Positions 26,408-35,973 are shown, counted from the first letter of the stretch. The stretch: DNA of 64,000 nt from Acidimicrobiales bacterium (GCA_035551535.1 DASZNG010000162.1:3693-67692), one strand, 5' to 3'. Numbers and translations: made by a program. Notes: generated by a model from the letters alone, not told the origin.

Positions 26408-27085
26408 ATGAGTGATCAGGCCGGCACCGTCGTCGTCATCGAAGACGACGCCCACATCGCCGACCTGGTCGATCTGTACTTGCGCAAGGACGGCTTCCGG
26501 GTGTTGCTGGCCCGGGACGGTGACGAAGGGCTCGCCCTCATCGCCCGGGAACCGCCGGCATTCGTGATCCTCGACGTCGGCCTCCCGGGCGGGCGGAACG
26601 GGTTCGACATCTGCCGGGAGATCCGGGCCAAGGATGACATCCCGGTCCTGTTTCTCACCGCCCGGGACGATGAAGTCGATCGGATCCTGGGCCTCGAGCT
26701 CGGTGCCGACGACTACCTGGTGAAACCGTTCTCCCCGAGGGAGCTGGTGGCCCGGGTCCGTGCCATCCTTCGCCGGACTGAACATGCCCCCCGCCCGCAG
26801 GAGAACGTCTCCGTGGGCGACCTCGAGGTCGACCTTCGTCGCCGGGAGGTGCTCCAGTCCGGAACGGTGGTGGCGCTGACCACCCGAGAGTTCGACCTGC
26901 TCGGGTTCATGGTCCACAACATCGGGTTGGCCCTGACCCGCCAGCAACTCCTCGACGCCGTCTGGGGTGCCGGCTGGTACGGCGACGAACGCACCGTCGA
27001 TGTCCACGTTGCCCAATTGCGGAAGAAACTCGGCAACGCCCTTCCCTTGGCCACGGTGTGGGGCGTTGGCTATCGACTGGGCTGA
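26408..27085 (+). CDS. OmpR/PhoB-family response regulator
   Basis: MSDQAGTVVVIEDD...VILDVGLPG receiver domain. LTTREFDLLGFMV...VDVHVAQLRKKL..VWGVGYRL winged helix. Confidence 0.9.
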   Translation: MSDQAGTVVVIEDDAHIADLVDLYLRKDGFRVLLARDGDEGLALIAREPPAFVILDVGLPGGRNGFDICREIRAKDDIPVLFLTARDDEVDRILGLELGADDYLVKPFSPRELVARVRAILRRTEHAPRPQENVSVGDLEVDLRRREVLQSGTVVALTTREFDLLGFMVHNIGLALTRQQLLDAVWGAGWYGDERTVDVHVAQLRKKLGNALPLATVWGVGYRLG

Positions 27086-27115
27086 GACCGCTCGGCCACG
27101 GACGAGGGGAACGGC

Positions 27116-28546
27116 ATGCGACGACGGCTGATGGTCGCCCTGGTGGGGCTGGTGGCCGGCGTTCTCTTGATCGCCGGGGCCGGGAGCCTGGTGCTGACCC
27201 GCAACTCCGCCCGTCAGCAGGCCACCCAGCAGCTGGTGGCCGAGGCCACGTCGCTCACCTCGGGTACCGCCAAGACGGAGTCCTTGGTCGTGCTCCGGAC
27301 GATCCAGCGGGTCCTCAATTTGGAAGATGCCCGGGTGGTGTCGATCGATGCCCAGGGGCAAGTGACCTCGGTGCTCCCCGCCGGTGTCACCGCCGGGGAT
27401 CTGAACGCTGGGCCGCTGCTCGACGGGCAGACGATCTCCGGCCGGATCGGATCCCTGGTCTATGCCGCCGCGCCGGTGACGCTCGCCGCCCAGGATCGGA
27501 CCCGGCTCCGTCTGAAAGGTCAACTTGCCATTCTCCTGACCCGCCAAGTCGGCGATCTCGGACCGAGTTGGGGCTACTTCATCATCGCCGGCGGGGTGAC
27601 GCTGCTGGTGGCCGCCCTGGTGGCATGGCAGATGAGCCGGCGGATGTCGCGGCCGCTGATCGAGGCGATGCAAGTCACCGGGCAAATTGCCTCCGGCGAC
27701 CTGCAGAGCCGGGTCTCCGTGCGAGAGCGCGACTATGCCGAATTCTCATCGCTGGCCCAATCGATCAACGTGATGGCCCGGAGCCTGGCCGACGCTCGGA
27801 GTCGCGAACGCCAGTTGCTGTTGTCGGTGTCGCACGACCTTCGCACCCCGCTGACCTCGATCCGAGGATTCGCCGAAGCTATTCAGGACGGGACCATCGA
27901 CGACAACTCCGAAGCCGCCAGTGTCATCATCGCCGAGTCTCGCCGGTTGGAACGCCTGGTGGGTGATCTGCTCGACTTGGCCAAGCTCGAGACGAAGCAG
28001 CTGTCCATGCAGATCCGCCCGACCAACGGGTCCGAAGTGGTTACCATGGCCGTGAACGGATTCCGTCCGGTGGCCGACAGGACCGGACTGCGCCTGGCGG
28101 TGAACGTGGCTGACCAGCCGGCGGTGGCGTTGGCCGCTGACTCCGACCGACTTGCCCAGCTGATGGCCAATCTCATCGAGAACGCCCTCACCTATGCCCG
28201 CACCACCGTCAGCGTGTCATTGTCGGACGCCGGCGATCCGGAGCATCCGGCGGGCCAGACCATCGTCGTCGAGGACGACGGCCCCGGGATCGCTCCGGCC
28301 GACCTCCCGAGGGTGTTCGAACGGTTCTACCAGGCGGACCGTGGGCCCAATCGGCAGATCGGTTCAGGCCTCGGATTGGCGATCGTGGCCGAGATTGCCA
28401 CCGCCATGGGGGCGGCCGTCCGGGCGGAATCCCCCATCAACGCCAACGGGGGCTCCCGCTTCATCGTGACGGTGTCGGCGTGGACCGGGGCCCCGTCCTG
28501 CCCCGAGCCATCGGGGCCAGGTCGGGATGGTGACCCGCTGGTATGA
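27116..28546 (+). CDS. Sensor histidine kinase (TM-sensor-TM-HAMP-HisKA-HATPase)
   Basis: H-box LLLSVSHDLRTPLTSIRGF. Boxes ENALTYA, VEDDGPGI, GSGLGLAIV. Confidence 0.9.
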   Translation: MRRRLMVALVGLVAGVLLIAGAGSLVLTRNSARQQATQQLVAEATSLTSGTAKTESLVVLRTIQRVLNLEDARVVSIDAQGQVTSVLPAGVTAGDLNAGPLLDGQTISGRIGSLVYAAAPVTLAAQDRTRLRLKGQLAILLTRQVGDLGPSWGYFIIAGGVTLLVAALVAWQMSRRMSRPLIEAMQVTGQIASGDLQSRVSVRERDYAEFSSLAQSINVMARSLADARSRERQLLLSVSHDLRTPLTSIRGFAEAIQDGTIDDNSEAASVIIAESRRLERLVGDLLDLAKLETKQLSMQIRPTNGSEVVTMAVNGFRPVADRTGLRLAVNVADQPAVALAADSDRLAQLMANLIENALTYARTTVSVSLSDAGDPEHPAGQTIVVEDDGPGIAPADLPRVFERFYQADRGPNRQIGSGLGLAIVAEIATAMGAAVRAESPINANGGSRFIVTVSAWTGAPSCPEPSGPGRDGDPLV

Positions 28547-28581
28547 GTCACGTGATCACGATATGAGCAAACGTGAAGAAA

Positions 28582-29811
28582 TCAGTCCCGGTCGAGCTCC
28601 GTGGCCAGGCGGGCGGCCTCGGTGGTGAGGTAGTGCCGTTCGCGGAGATTCGTGGTCAGGGCGGCGGCGGTCCGGAGCTCGGCCATGGCCGCCTTGCCGT
28701 CGCCGGTCATCTCCAGAAGGTGCCCACGTACGGAGTGGAGCCGGTGGTGGTCACCGAGCCGTTCGCCGAGTCCGTCGAGCAGCGCGAGGCCGGCAGCCGG
28801 CCCCTGGGCCATGGCCGCGGCCACCGCCCGGTTGAGGGTGACCATCGGATTGCCGGTCATCCGTTCGAGCCGACCGTAGAGGGACAGGATCTCGGGCCAG
28901 TCGGTGTCGGCGTGACCGGGCGCCTGATCGTGGAGGGCGGCGATGGCCGCCTGGACCTGGTACTCCCCCACTCCGCCCAGCCGGAGGGCGTCGGTGATGA
29001 GGGCCACCCCCTCGGCGACCAGATCCCGGTCCCAGAGCCTCCGATCCTGCTCGGCCAGGGGCACCAGTTCGCCGTCCGGGCGGGTGCGGGCCGGCCGACG
29101 GGCGTCGGTCAGCAGCATGAGGGCGAGCAGACCGGTCACCTCGGGGTCGTCGGGCAAGGCCGCGTGCACGCCCCGGGCCAGGCGGATGGCTTCACCGGAC
29201 AGGTCGCGTCGGGCCAGGTCGGGCCCGCTGCTGGTGGCGTAACCCTCGTTGAACAGGAGGTAGAGGACATGGAGCACCGAGCGCAAGCGCTCGGCGCGGT
29301 CGGCCGGAGAGGGAAGCGCGAACGGCTGGTCCGACCCTTTCACCGTGGCCTTGGCCCGGCTGATCCTCTGGGCCATCGTCGACTCCGGGACGAGGAAGGC
29401 GGTGGCGATCTCGCGGGTGGAGAGCCCACCGACCGCTCGCAGGGTGAGGGAAATAGCCGACGCCGGGGACAGGGCGGGGTGACAGCACAGGAAGATCAGG
29501 ATCAGCGTGTCGTCCTGCCCGGGAGCCGGGTCGGCGCCGGCCAGGGACCATGAAGCCGCGAGGCGCTCCCGGCGTCGGCGGTTGGCGTCCTGGCGGTACT
29601 GGTCGGACAACCGGCGGGATGCCACCCGGATGAGCCAGCCCAGAGGGTTTTCGGGCTCCCCCTGGGTGGGCCAGGTGGCCGCCGCGGTGACCAGCGCCTC
29701 CTGGACGGCGTCCTCGGCACCGGCAAAGTCACCGTGGCGGCGGACCACCGCCCCGAGGGCCTGCGGCGCCAGCTTGCGGAGCAGGCCCTCGGTGCTTCCG
29801 CTGATGGTCAC
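28582..29811 (-). CDS. Sigma-70 family (ECF-type) RNA polymerase sigma factor with long C-terminal extension
   Basis: AEDAVQEALVTAAATWP..NPLGWLIRVASRRLSDQYR (region 2) and GGLSTREIATAFLVPESTMAQRISRAK (region 4), followed by ~200 extra residues. This type is classically paired with a YCII gene, which is present just upstream with a 4-nt overlap. Confidence 0.8.
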   Translation of the reverse strand: MTISGSTEGLLRKLAPQALGAVVRRHGDFAGAEDAVQEALVTAAATWPTQGEPENPLGWLIRVASRRLSDQYRQDANRRRRERLAASWSLAGADPAPGQDDTLILIFLCCHPALSPASAISLTLRAVGGLSTREIATAFLVPESTMAQRISRAKATVKGSDQPFALPSPADRAERLRSVLHVLYLLFNEGYATSSGPDLARRDLSGEAIRLARGVHAALPDDPEVTGLLALMLLTDARRPARTRPDGELVPLAEQDRRLWDRDLVAEGVALITDALRLGGVGEYQVQAAIAALHDQAPGHADTDWPEILSLYGRLERMTGNPMVTLNRAVAAAMAQGPAAGLALLDGLGERLGDHHRLHSVRGHLLEMTGDGKAAMAELRTAAALTTNLRERHYLTTEAARLATELDRD

Positions 29812-30209
29812 ACCTCGGGGTCGGGGGCGCTCAGTACCTCTCGCACCTCGATCCGCTGGCGGATCGGCAATCCTTTCTGGCCGGGCGCCGCCGACGCCTG
29901 GGCGGCGATCTCGATGGCCCGCTCTGCCGTGTCGACGTCCACCAGCCGGAAGCCGGCCAGTAGCTCCTTGGACTCGGGGAACGGACCGTCGGTGATGACC
30001 GGCGCACCGGCCCCGTCCGACACCACGAACTTGGCGGCTTCCGGGCCGGCCAGCCCCTGGGCATCCACCAACTCACCGCGCTCGATGAGCTCCTGGTTCA
30101 TCACCTGCTGGAACTCGATATGGGCCTTGACCTCCCCTGGAGTCCACTCCGTCATCGGCTCGCAGTCCGACTCGACGCCCCCGTAGTTCTGCAACAGCAT
30201 GTATCTCAT
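29808..30209 (-). CDS. YCII-related (DGPF) domain protein
   Basis: 133 aa. DGPFPESKELLAGF motif. Confidence 0.85.
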   Translation of the reverse strand: MRYMLLQNYGGVESDCEPMTEWTPGEVKAHIEFQQVMNQELIERGELVDAQGLAGPEAAKFVVSDGAGAPVITDGPFPESKELLAGFRLVDVDTAERAIEIAAQASAAPGQKGLPIRQRIEVREVLSAPDPEV

Positions 30210-30489
30210 AGCTCCATCCTTCCTGAGGTGGCGACGCCACGCTGACGCCGCTCACCGATACATCGACGCTGCCCTTGGATTTTCGACATCCGACGCGCGG
30301 AAACCGGCGGATTTCGGTGTGGGCTCGTTTGTCGGGCGGTCCCAGGGTCCGGGTCTGGCGGCGGGTCACTCAAGCTGAGGCGGCCAAGACCGGCCTCGGT
30401 CGGCGAGCCAGCCACGGACCCTGCGGATCCCGCTGGGTATATCTGCCGAACTAGTTTCGATGGTCGGAACCCAGTGAAAGGAGCACGTC

Positions 30490-30954
30490 GTGCTGCTCAA
30501 GGGCCTCAACCACATCGCCACCATCACCAACGACTCCACCCGACTCCATGGCTTCTACACCGACGTCTTCGACGCCGAGATCCTGCGCGACGGTTCCGAG
30601 TTACCCGGCGGGAAGGGCCCGCGGCTCTCGATCATCAAGATCGGGGACTGGACCGAGTTGAACGTGTTCCAAATCGAGGGTAACACCGAGGCGGACCACC
30701 AGACGCCGATGTTCGGCCGCGGGCGCCTCGATCATTTCGCCGTGCAGGCGGCATCGATCGAGGCGTTCGAGACGATCCGCGATCGGCTCATGGCCCGAGC
30801 GGCGGCCGACGATTTCGTAACCGATTTCGGACCCATGCTCAGCATCTTCTTCCGCGATCCGGACGGGCTCGAGTGCGAGGTTTGCGTCGAAAACCCTGAC
30901 TCGGCTCCCGGCGTCCACCATCCTCCCGGGACTCGGGCCGCCCGCTACTCATAG
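30490..30954 (+). CDS. VOC family protein
   Basis: GTG start with AAAGGAG upstream. LKGLNHIATITNDSTRLHGFYTDVF..., DHFAVQA, FRDPDGLECEV. Confidence 0.75.
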   Translation: MLLKGLNHIATITNDSTRLHGFYTDVFDAEILRDGSELPGGKGPRLSIIKIGDWTELNVFQIEGNTEADHQTPMFGRGRLDHFAVQAASIEAFETIRDRLMARAAADDFVTDFGPMLSIFFRDPDGLECEVCVENPDSAPGVHHPPGTRAARYS

Positions 30955-30987
30955 CGAGGCCCGCCCAGTCCGGTACCTGGACGGGGC

Positions 30988-32046
30988 TCAGGGCCACCAG
31001 CGGTCGATCGCCGCGTAGACCTCTGGTCGATGGGCCAGGGCGATGTGGTTCACCTTCGGGAACAAGCGCACGGTCGAACCCGGGAACAACGCGTCGTCAG
31101 CCGTCTCACCGAAGGCGCCCGATGCGCTCGAGAGGGTGACGACGGCGTCGCCGACGAGCTGCGTCAAGGGGTGACCATCGTCGCCGATGATGCCCCCGGC
31201 GATGATGAGATACGCCGCCCGCCGAAGAACGGCCACCCGATGGGGGAGGGGTCGGACCCGGGCGTCAGGGTCTTGTTCCCGCCAGTCCTCGTCGGTGATC
31301 GAACCGAACCGGAGATCCCGTATCCCCGCGCTGCGCAGGTCGAGGCCGAGGCCGAGCAAACGGGTCGCCGGAATCGGGAGCGACCGTAGCGCCGCACTCA
31401 TCCAATTGACGAACACCTCCAGCGGCGCACCGGTGTTCGGCACCCCGATGAGCACCACCCGCCTGACCTTCGACGCCCAGGATCGCCGAAGGTGGAGGTG
31501 TTGGCGCCACGGTCGGGTGGCCGGGGCGTAGGAGCACGCCGACCTGATCACCAGGCCGCCCATGCTGTGACCGATGAGCGTGATGTCCCGAACCGGGACC
31601 GGCCACGCCGCCACCAGGGCGTGGAGCATCCGGGCCAACTCCCGCCCGTTGGTGGAGATGTGCCGGCCAGAGTTGTAACGCAACCAGATCGGTGTCACAC
31701 CGTGGTCTCCGGCCAGCAGGTTGCCGTAGTTGGTCTTGGGATCCCCGGGGAAGGCCCAAACCGACTCGGTCGACATCAGACCGTGGACAAGCAGGACAAT
31801 ACGGCCGGTGGCCTCCGGGAACGCCTGGGTGAGGCTGACCCGATCGGCGGAGACGTCCCGACTGGCGTCGTTGCGCCAGGTCATCGGAAGAGCCAGGCCC
31901 GATCCCTGGTCATCGAGGGTGTCGCCGAAGAAGCCGTTGACCACGGCCAACGCGTCGTTCCGCCGGCCGGGAACCGTGGCCAGCAGGCGGAGAAGACGGA
32001 GGGCGCCGGCTGGGATCACGCCGGCCTCATCCCGCTCTGCACCCAC
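30988..32046 (-). CDS. Alpha/beta hydrolase (lipase/esterase-like, PGAP1-type)
   Basis: ITLIGHSMGGLVIRSA nucleophile elbow. Lies 19 nt downstream of the ferredoxin of cluster B on the same strand. Confidence 0.75.
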   Translation of the reverse strand: MGAERDEAGVIPAGALRLLRLLATVPGRRNDALAVVNGFFGDTLDDQGSGLALPMTWRNDASRDVSADRVSLTQAFPEATGRIVLLVHGLMSTESVWAFPGDPKTNYGNLLAGDHGVTPIWLRYNSGRHISTNGRELARMLHALVAAWPVPVRDITLIGHSMGGLVIRSACSYAPATRPWRQHLHLRRSWASKVRRVVLIGVPNTGAPLEVFVNWMSAALRSLPIPATRLLGLGLDLRSAGIRDLRFGSITDEDWREQDPDARVRPLPHRVAVLRRAAYLIIAGGIIGDDGHPLTQLVGDAVVTLSSASGAFGETADDALFPGSTVRLFPKVNHIALAHRPEVYAAIDRWWP

Positions 32047-32065
32047 CGCCGGCCACCGACCGAGC

Positions 32066-32353
32066 CTACGGGTCCCCGAACGGCGATCCGGGCGCGGCTC
32101 CGGCGGCGGATCCCGAGCGCCGCGACCGGGAGGCGGCGACGGTTTCGAACCGGACAGCCCGCCGGGGACATTCGGCTACCGCCCGGGTGGCCAGCGCCAT
32201 CAGTTCCGCATCCACCGGGGTACCGTCGACGATCGGGTAGCCCCACTCGTCGAGGGTCACCCGTTCGGGAAGCAGCTCGGCACAGTACCCGTAAGCATCA
32301 CAGGCCACCGGATCCACCCGGAGCCGGACCGTCGTCCGGGTTCGTGTCGTCAT
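32066..32353 (-). CDS. Small ferredoxin (paralogue of 25394..25651)
   Basis: CDAYGYC ... ECP motif. VDPVACDAYGYCAELLPERVTLDEWGYPIVD aligns with the cluster A ferredoxin at 20 of 32 positions counted by eye. Confidence 0.75.
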   Translation of the reverse strand: MTTRTRTTVRLRVDPVACDAYGYCAELLPERVTLDEWGYPIVDGTPVDAELMALATRAVAECPRRAVRFETVAASRSRRSGSAAGAAPGSPFGDP

Positions 32354-33651
32354 GATGCCCCCCGGCCGCGCCGCGGGCTTCTCGGAAATGTCAACACTGT
32401 CGGGAGATCATGTCCGGGACACGGTCGGCCTTGGGCATGGCCAATGGCGTCGGCGGCGAACACGTCCAGCGCGCTCCGGACCAGCCGGACGACGCCGTCG
32501 GGGTGGCGGCACCCCCCTCGTCCCTCCACCGTGGCCGACCGGTTGGCGATCCGGGTGAGCACCTCGGCGTCCGCGCGCCCGGCGGACAACCGCTCGAGGT
32601 CGCCGGCGATGGCCGGCAACCCGAAGACACACGGGCCGCATTGGCCGGCGCTCTCACCGGCCATGAAGCGGGTGACCCGGGCGGTCTCGGCGATGCCGCA
32701 GGAGGTGGCGGGCAGCGCCACCACCACGCCGACCCCGTGGGTGGCACCGGCGCCGGCCAGCGGCCCCGGGCTATAGGGAGTGGCGATTCGGGAAGCGTCC
32801 AGCCAGGCTCCGCCGTAGCCGCCGAGCAGCACCGCCGAGAGCTCGATGTCGACTCCGGCCCGCTCGAGGATCTCCGCGACCGGGGTACCGAGCTCCACCT
32901 CGAGCACCCCCGGGGAACGAACCGCGCCGGTCACCGTGACCAACGTCGAGCCCGGCGCCTCCGCAGTGCCCAACCGACGGAACCACTCGGGACCATGCCG
33001 AGCGATGAGGGCGATCTGGGACAGGGTTTCGGCGTTGTGGACCAGCGCTCGGCGGCGGGCAACCATGAGGGGCACCGACTTGTCGATTCGAAGCATCGGG
33101 AGCGCCGGGCGACGGTTGAGCCAGCCCACCAGGGCCGACTCCTCCCCGGTCACGTACCGGGCCGGTGGGCGGTGCACCGAGATCCGGCGGCCGGCCATTC
33201 CGGCCTGGCGTCGATGAGCGATAGCGGCTTCCATCGACGAAGCGCCCGTGTCGTTGTCGTCGGGGACACAGATCGCGACTTCTGACGCACCGATCACCGC
33301 GGCGGCTACCTCCGCACCATCGAGGACCAAGTGGGGTGCGTAGGCGAGGAGCACCCGGTCCTTGTCACTGGCCGGTTCGCCCTCCATGGCATTGACCACC
33401 ACCACCGGGCGCCGCGAATCGCCGCGCACGGCGTCCCACTTGGTGGCGGCGGGAAACGCCGCTCCCCCTCGTCCGAGGAGGCCCGACTCGGCGACGGCTC
33501 GAAACATCGCGGCCGTCCAGCTGGGATCGTCCCGGACCGGGATGGCCAAGGGTCCGTGGTTGGCGATATGCCCAGCCAGGTCGAGAGCGGATGCGGTCCC
33601 GCCATCGACGAACAGCAGCCGCTCGGCCGGCACGGCGGTCATGACGCTCAT
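32350..33651 (-). CDS. NuoF-like FMN/NADH + 4Fe-4S protein (paralogue of 24069..25400)
   Basis: Start at MSVMTAV: ATG 33651 overlaps the upstream stop (ATGA). GRGGAAFPAATKW, VVVNAMEGEPASDKD, LVHNAETLSQIA, SAGQCGPCVFG...GRGGCRHPDG. The 776-aa track ORF is this gene plus an out-of-frame read-through of the upstream gene. Confidence 0.8.
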   Translation of the reverse strand: MSVMTAVPAERLLFVDGGTASALDLAGHIANHGPLAIPVRDDPSWTAAMFRAVAESGLLGRGGAAFPAATKWDAVRGDSRRPVVVVNAMEGEPASDKDRVLLAYAPHLVLDGAEVAAAVIGASEVAICVPDDNDTGASSMEAAIAHRRQAGMAGRRISVHRPPARYVTGEESALVGWLNRRPALPMLRIDKSVPLMVARRRALVHNAETLSQIALIARHGPEWFRRLGTAEAPGSTLVTVTGAVRSPGVLEVELGTPVAEILERAGVDIELSAVLLGGYGGAWLDASRIATPYSPGPLAGAGATHGVGVVVALPATSCGIAETARVTRFMAGESAGQCGPCVFGLPAIAGDLERLSAGRADAEVLTRIANRSATVEGRGGCRHPDGVVRLVRSALDVFAADAIGHAQGRPCPGHDLPTVLTFPRSPRRGRGAS

Positions 33652-34337
33652 GAGCCATGCCTCTCGATCGTCGGGGTCGAGCCGGCTCCCACCCGAGGCC
33701 GGGAGGGAACGGAGTGAGCCAGGCCGGATTCGATCCGGCCGGGTCCGGTGGCCAAGGGTAGGGCTCGAGTGATGGCGCCGACGGAAAGGGCTCGCTCCCG
33801 GCCCTTTCGGTGATCGCCGATCCTCCAGACCAGCGAGCCGATGACGGCCAGGGAACACACCACCGCCAGACCATCCATCCACAGTTTGGAGGCGTCGGTG
33901 CCCATGCCCAGGGAATGGGACATGGCCACGGGCCAGCTCCCGTAGGCCACCCAGTGGATGCCCCGCCAGGTCCGGGCGCTGATGCGCTGACGCAGTGCGC
34001 TGGAGATGGCCACGGCCAGGATCAGATCCACGCCCACCGTTCCGAGACCCGTCCACACCGGACGGTAGGGGGAGGCGAAGGGAACGATGGCGGCCGCCCA
34101 TCCGACGTTCACGTAGGTGTCGAGAATCGAGGTCAGCACGTGAAGGGCCACGAAGACCATGGCCAAGAGCGAGACCCGCTTGTGCAGGTCGGCCCGGGCA
34201 AAGGCCGGCCACGAACGGGTCCGCCGTCTTCCGGCGGTGAGGATTCCGAGCACCAGGGTCGCGGTCAGGAGCCCCAGGGCGACGATGCCGGTGGCCCGGG
34301 TGGTGTACCAGAGCGCGGGAGACGAGGTCGCGATCAC
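33648..34337 (-). CDS. Ferric-reductase-like di-haem transmembrane protein (paralogue of 22936..24072, no C-terminal extension)
   Basis: GTG 34337 overlaps the ApbE stop (GTGA). WYTTRATGIVALGLLTATLVLGI matches the cluster A protein at 16 of 23 positions. Four TM His (DLHKRV, FVALHVLT, GIHWVAY, AMSHSLG). Confidence 0.75.
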   Translation of the reverse strand: MIATSSPALWYTTRATGIVALGLLTATLVLGILTAGRRRTRSWPAFARADLHKRVSLLAMVFVALHVLTSILDTYVNVGWAAAIVPFASPYRPVWTGLGTVGVDLILAVAISSALRQRISARTWRGIHWVAYGSWPVAMSHSLGMGTDASKLWMDGLAVVCSLAVIGSLVWRIGDHRKGRERALSVGAITRALPLATGPGRIESGLAHSVPSRPRVGAGSTPTIERHGS

Positions 34338-35368
34338 GGGACCACCAATCGAGGTCCGATCGAGTCGGCCTGGCGATCGGCGACGACGTCGACGGGGCCA
34401 ACCGAGTCGACGGGCCAACCCGCCACGGACACGACCTCCCCGTGGGCACTGACCAGTCGGGCCGGAACGTCGAGGGCAGAAAGGTTTCCGACCGCATCGA
34501 GGCCCCAGACAACCGCCGCCGTGCTCCAGGCATTGGCCTCGACACAACTCGGCGCCGCGGTCGACACCAGGGACCACACCTCGGGTGCCGGCTCGCCGGT
34601 CCACGGGTCGACGATGTGATGAAGCCTTCGACCGTTGCGGACCCAAGAGCGAGCGGTCGTACCCGAGGTGGCCAGACCACCGGCGAAGATCGTTACCACC
34701 TGGTCGACGGCGTCGATCGGCGTTGGGTTATCGGCAGTGATGCCGATCGCCCATCCGCCCCTGGGGCACCGTCCGGCCACCGCCACATCCCCACCCAGGT
34801 TCACCAAGACACCGCAATCGAGCGCCGAGGCAACGCGCTGCGCGGAACGGTCGGCAACCAGTGCCTTGGCGGTGGCTCCCAGATCGATGTGGACGCCGGT
34901 CGGGACGGCCACCGACCGGGACTCCGGGTCGAGAGCGATCCGCCACCAGCCGGGCGCCGGTACCGCCGGGTGGTCGGCCGGATACCCGCCGGCGCCGATC
35001 TCCGCGAAGTCGCGGTCGTAGCCGAGCTCGATGAGGGCCGATCCGACCGTCGGGTCCACGATGCCCGCCGTCTTGACCGCCACCACGCACGCCACCTCGA
35101 GGGCGTCGAACAGCAGCGAGCTGACGGGGATGGGCTTTCCGAAGCTGTCCTGCTCCACCCGCCGGAGCTCCGAATCGGGCCGAAATCGGCTACAGGCCTC
35201 GTCGACGGCCCGGAGGTCCTCCGCCAGCAGGGCCAAGGCTTCGTCGGCGCGTTCGCCGGCAGTCACCATCAGGGTCACGGTGGTGCCGATCGCCTTCATC
35301 GAGCGAGAGGCAGCCGGAGCCGACGAGGTCTCGGTCTCCAGCACCGTATCCACAAAGGTGCTGCTCAT
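34334..35368 (-). CDS. apbE: FAD:protein FMN transferase (ApbE family), paralogue of 21986..22939
   Basis: VDEACSRFRPDSELRRV, DPTVGSALIELGYDRDF, IDLGATAKALVADR, LVNLGGDVAVAG, FAGGLATSG, HHIVDPWTGEP. The N-terminus is not hydrophobic. Confidence 0.85.
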   Translation of the reverse strand: MSSTFVDTVLETETSSAPAASRSMKAIGTTVTLMVTAGERADEALALLAEDLRAVDEACSRFRPDSELRRVEQDSFGKPIPVSSLLFDALEVACVVAVKTAGIVDPTVGSALIELGYDRDFAEIGAGGYPADHPAVPAPGWWRIALDPESRSVAVPTGVHIDLGATAKALVADRSAQRVASALDCGVLVNLGGDVAVAGRCPRGGWAIGITADNPTPIDAVDQVVTIFAGGLATSGTTARSWVRNGRRLHHIVDPWTGEPAPEVWSLVSTAAPSCVEANAWSTAAVVWGLDAVGNLSALDVPARLVSAHGEVVSVAGWPVDSVGPVDVVADRQADSIGPRLVVP

Positions 35369-35718
35369 GACTGCCTGGAAACGGTGACCGGCTTCGTCGT
35401 CGTCGTGGAGGTCGTGGGCGCCGTCGTCGTGGTGGTGGTGGTCGGATCGGCGGCTGACGAAGAGCTCGACGACCCCGAGGTGGATGAGGTCGGCGGCGAG
35501 ATGGTGCCCGAGGTCACCGCGGTGCCGGAAGCCGGTTGGGTGGCTGACGACGAGTGGGCGGTCGTCTCGGTGCCGACGAGCAGGCCAAGTCCGACCGCAC
35601 CGGCGATGGCGGCCACGCCGATGGCGGCGGTCGTCCGTCGCACCCGGGACATCGCTCGATCCCTAACCCCCGCCGCGGATGGGCTGGTTCGGTTGTTCCG
35701 GCGGGCGGGATGCGCCAT
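35365..35718 (-). CDS. Small single-pass membrane protein with Ser/Thr-rich tail (paralogue of 21633..21980)
   Basis: Basic N-terminus, TM helix IGVAAIAGAVGLGLLV, then a T/S-rich low-complexity tail. The stop overlaps the ApbE start (ATGA). GGAAAGG lies upstream of the ATG. Confidence 0.55.
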   Translation of the reverse strand: MAHPARRNNRTSPSAAGVRDRAMSRVRRTTAAIGVAAIAGAVGLGLLVGTETTAHSSSATQPASGTAVTSGTISPPTSSTSGSSSSSSAADPTTTTTTTAPTTSTTTTKPVTVSRQS

Positions 35719-35947
35719 GTCGTGACCTTTCCGTAGGAGACCGGTGGAGAGGCGGGGGGATCGGATGAAATCACCCGACCGCTGCGCTCTGTGACACCAG
35801 TAGACAGGGAGGCCTGCAGAGTCAGCTTTATTTCAGCTGTGGCTTGCCTGTGAATCCGGGATCCTCCCCGCCTTGACGCGGGTGTTCAGTCTTCGCCCAA
35901 GACAGAAGATGAGCAGCGGACCAGTCCCCGGGTCGCGGGTTCGGGAA

Positions 35948-35965
35948 CCGCTCGATTCCGAGCGG
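35948..35965 (-). terminator. Hairpin CCGCTCG-GAAT-CGAGCGG 9 nt after the Kelch/NHL gene stop (weak intrinsic-terminator candidate)
   Basis: Perfect 7-bp GC-rich stem read directly. Only a short UU follows, so terminator function is uncertain. Confidence 0.35.
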
Positions 35966-35973
35966 CCGGGTTG

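Noticed and set aside
32350-34680. 776-aa minus-strand ORF that would fuse a long N-terminal region to the NuoF-like protein
   Set aside because: The upstream 343 codons overlap the ferric-reductase-like and ApbE genes in another frame and look non-protein-like. An ATG at 33651 forms the same ATGA coupling seen in cluster A and gives a protein colinear with its paralogue.
35751-35784. The + strand stretch GGCGGGGGGATCGGATGAAATCACCCGACCGCTG resembles the GGGTGAAATTCCCGACCGGCGG core of the FMN riboswitch. This was tempting, because it lies next to an ApbE operon.
   Set aside because: It is on the strand opposite to both neighbouring genes. The other conserved FMN-element blocks (GCCGACAGT, AGTCCGGATG and the P1 pairing) are absent. 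An Infernal scan with RF00050 would settle it.
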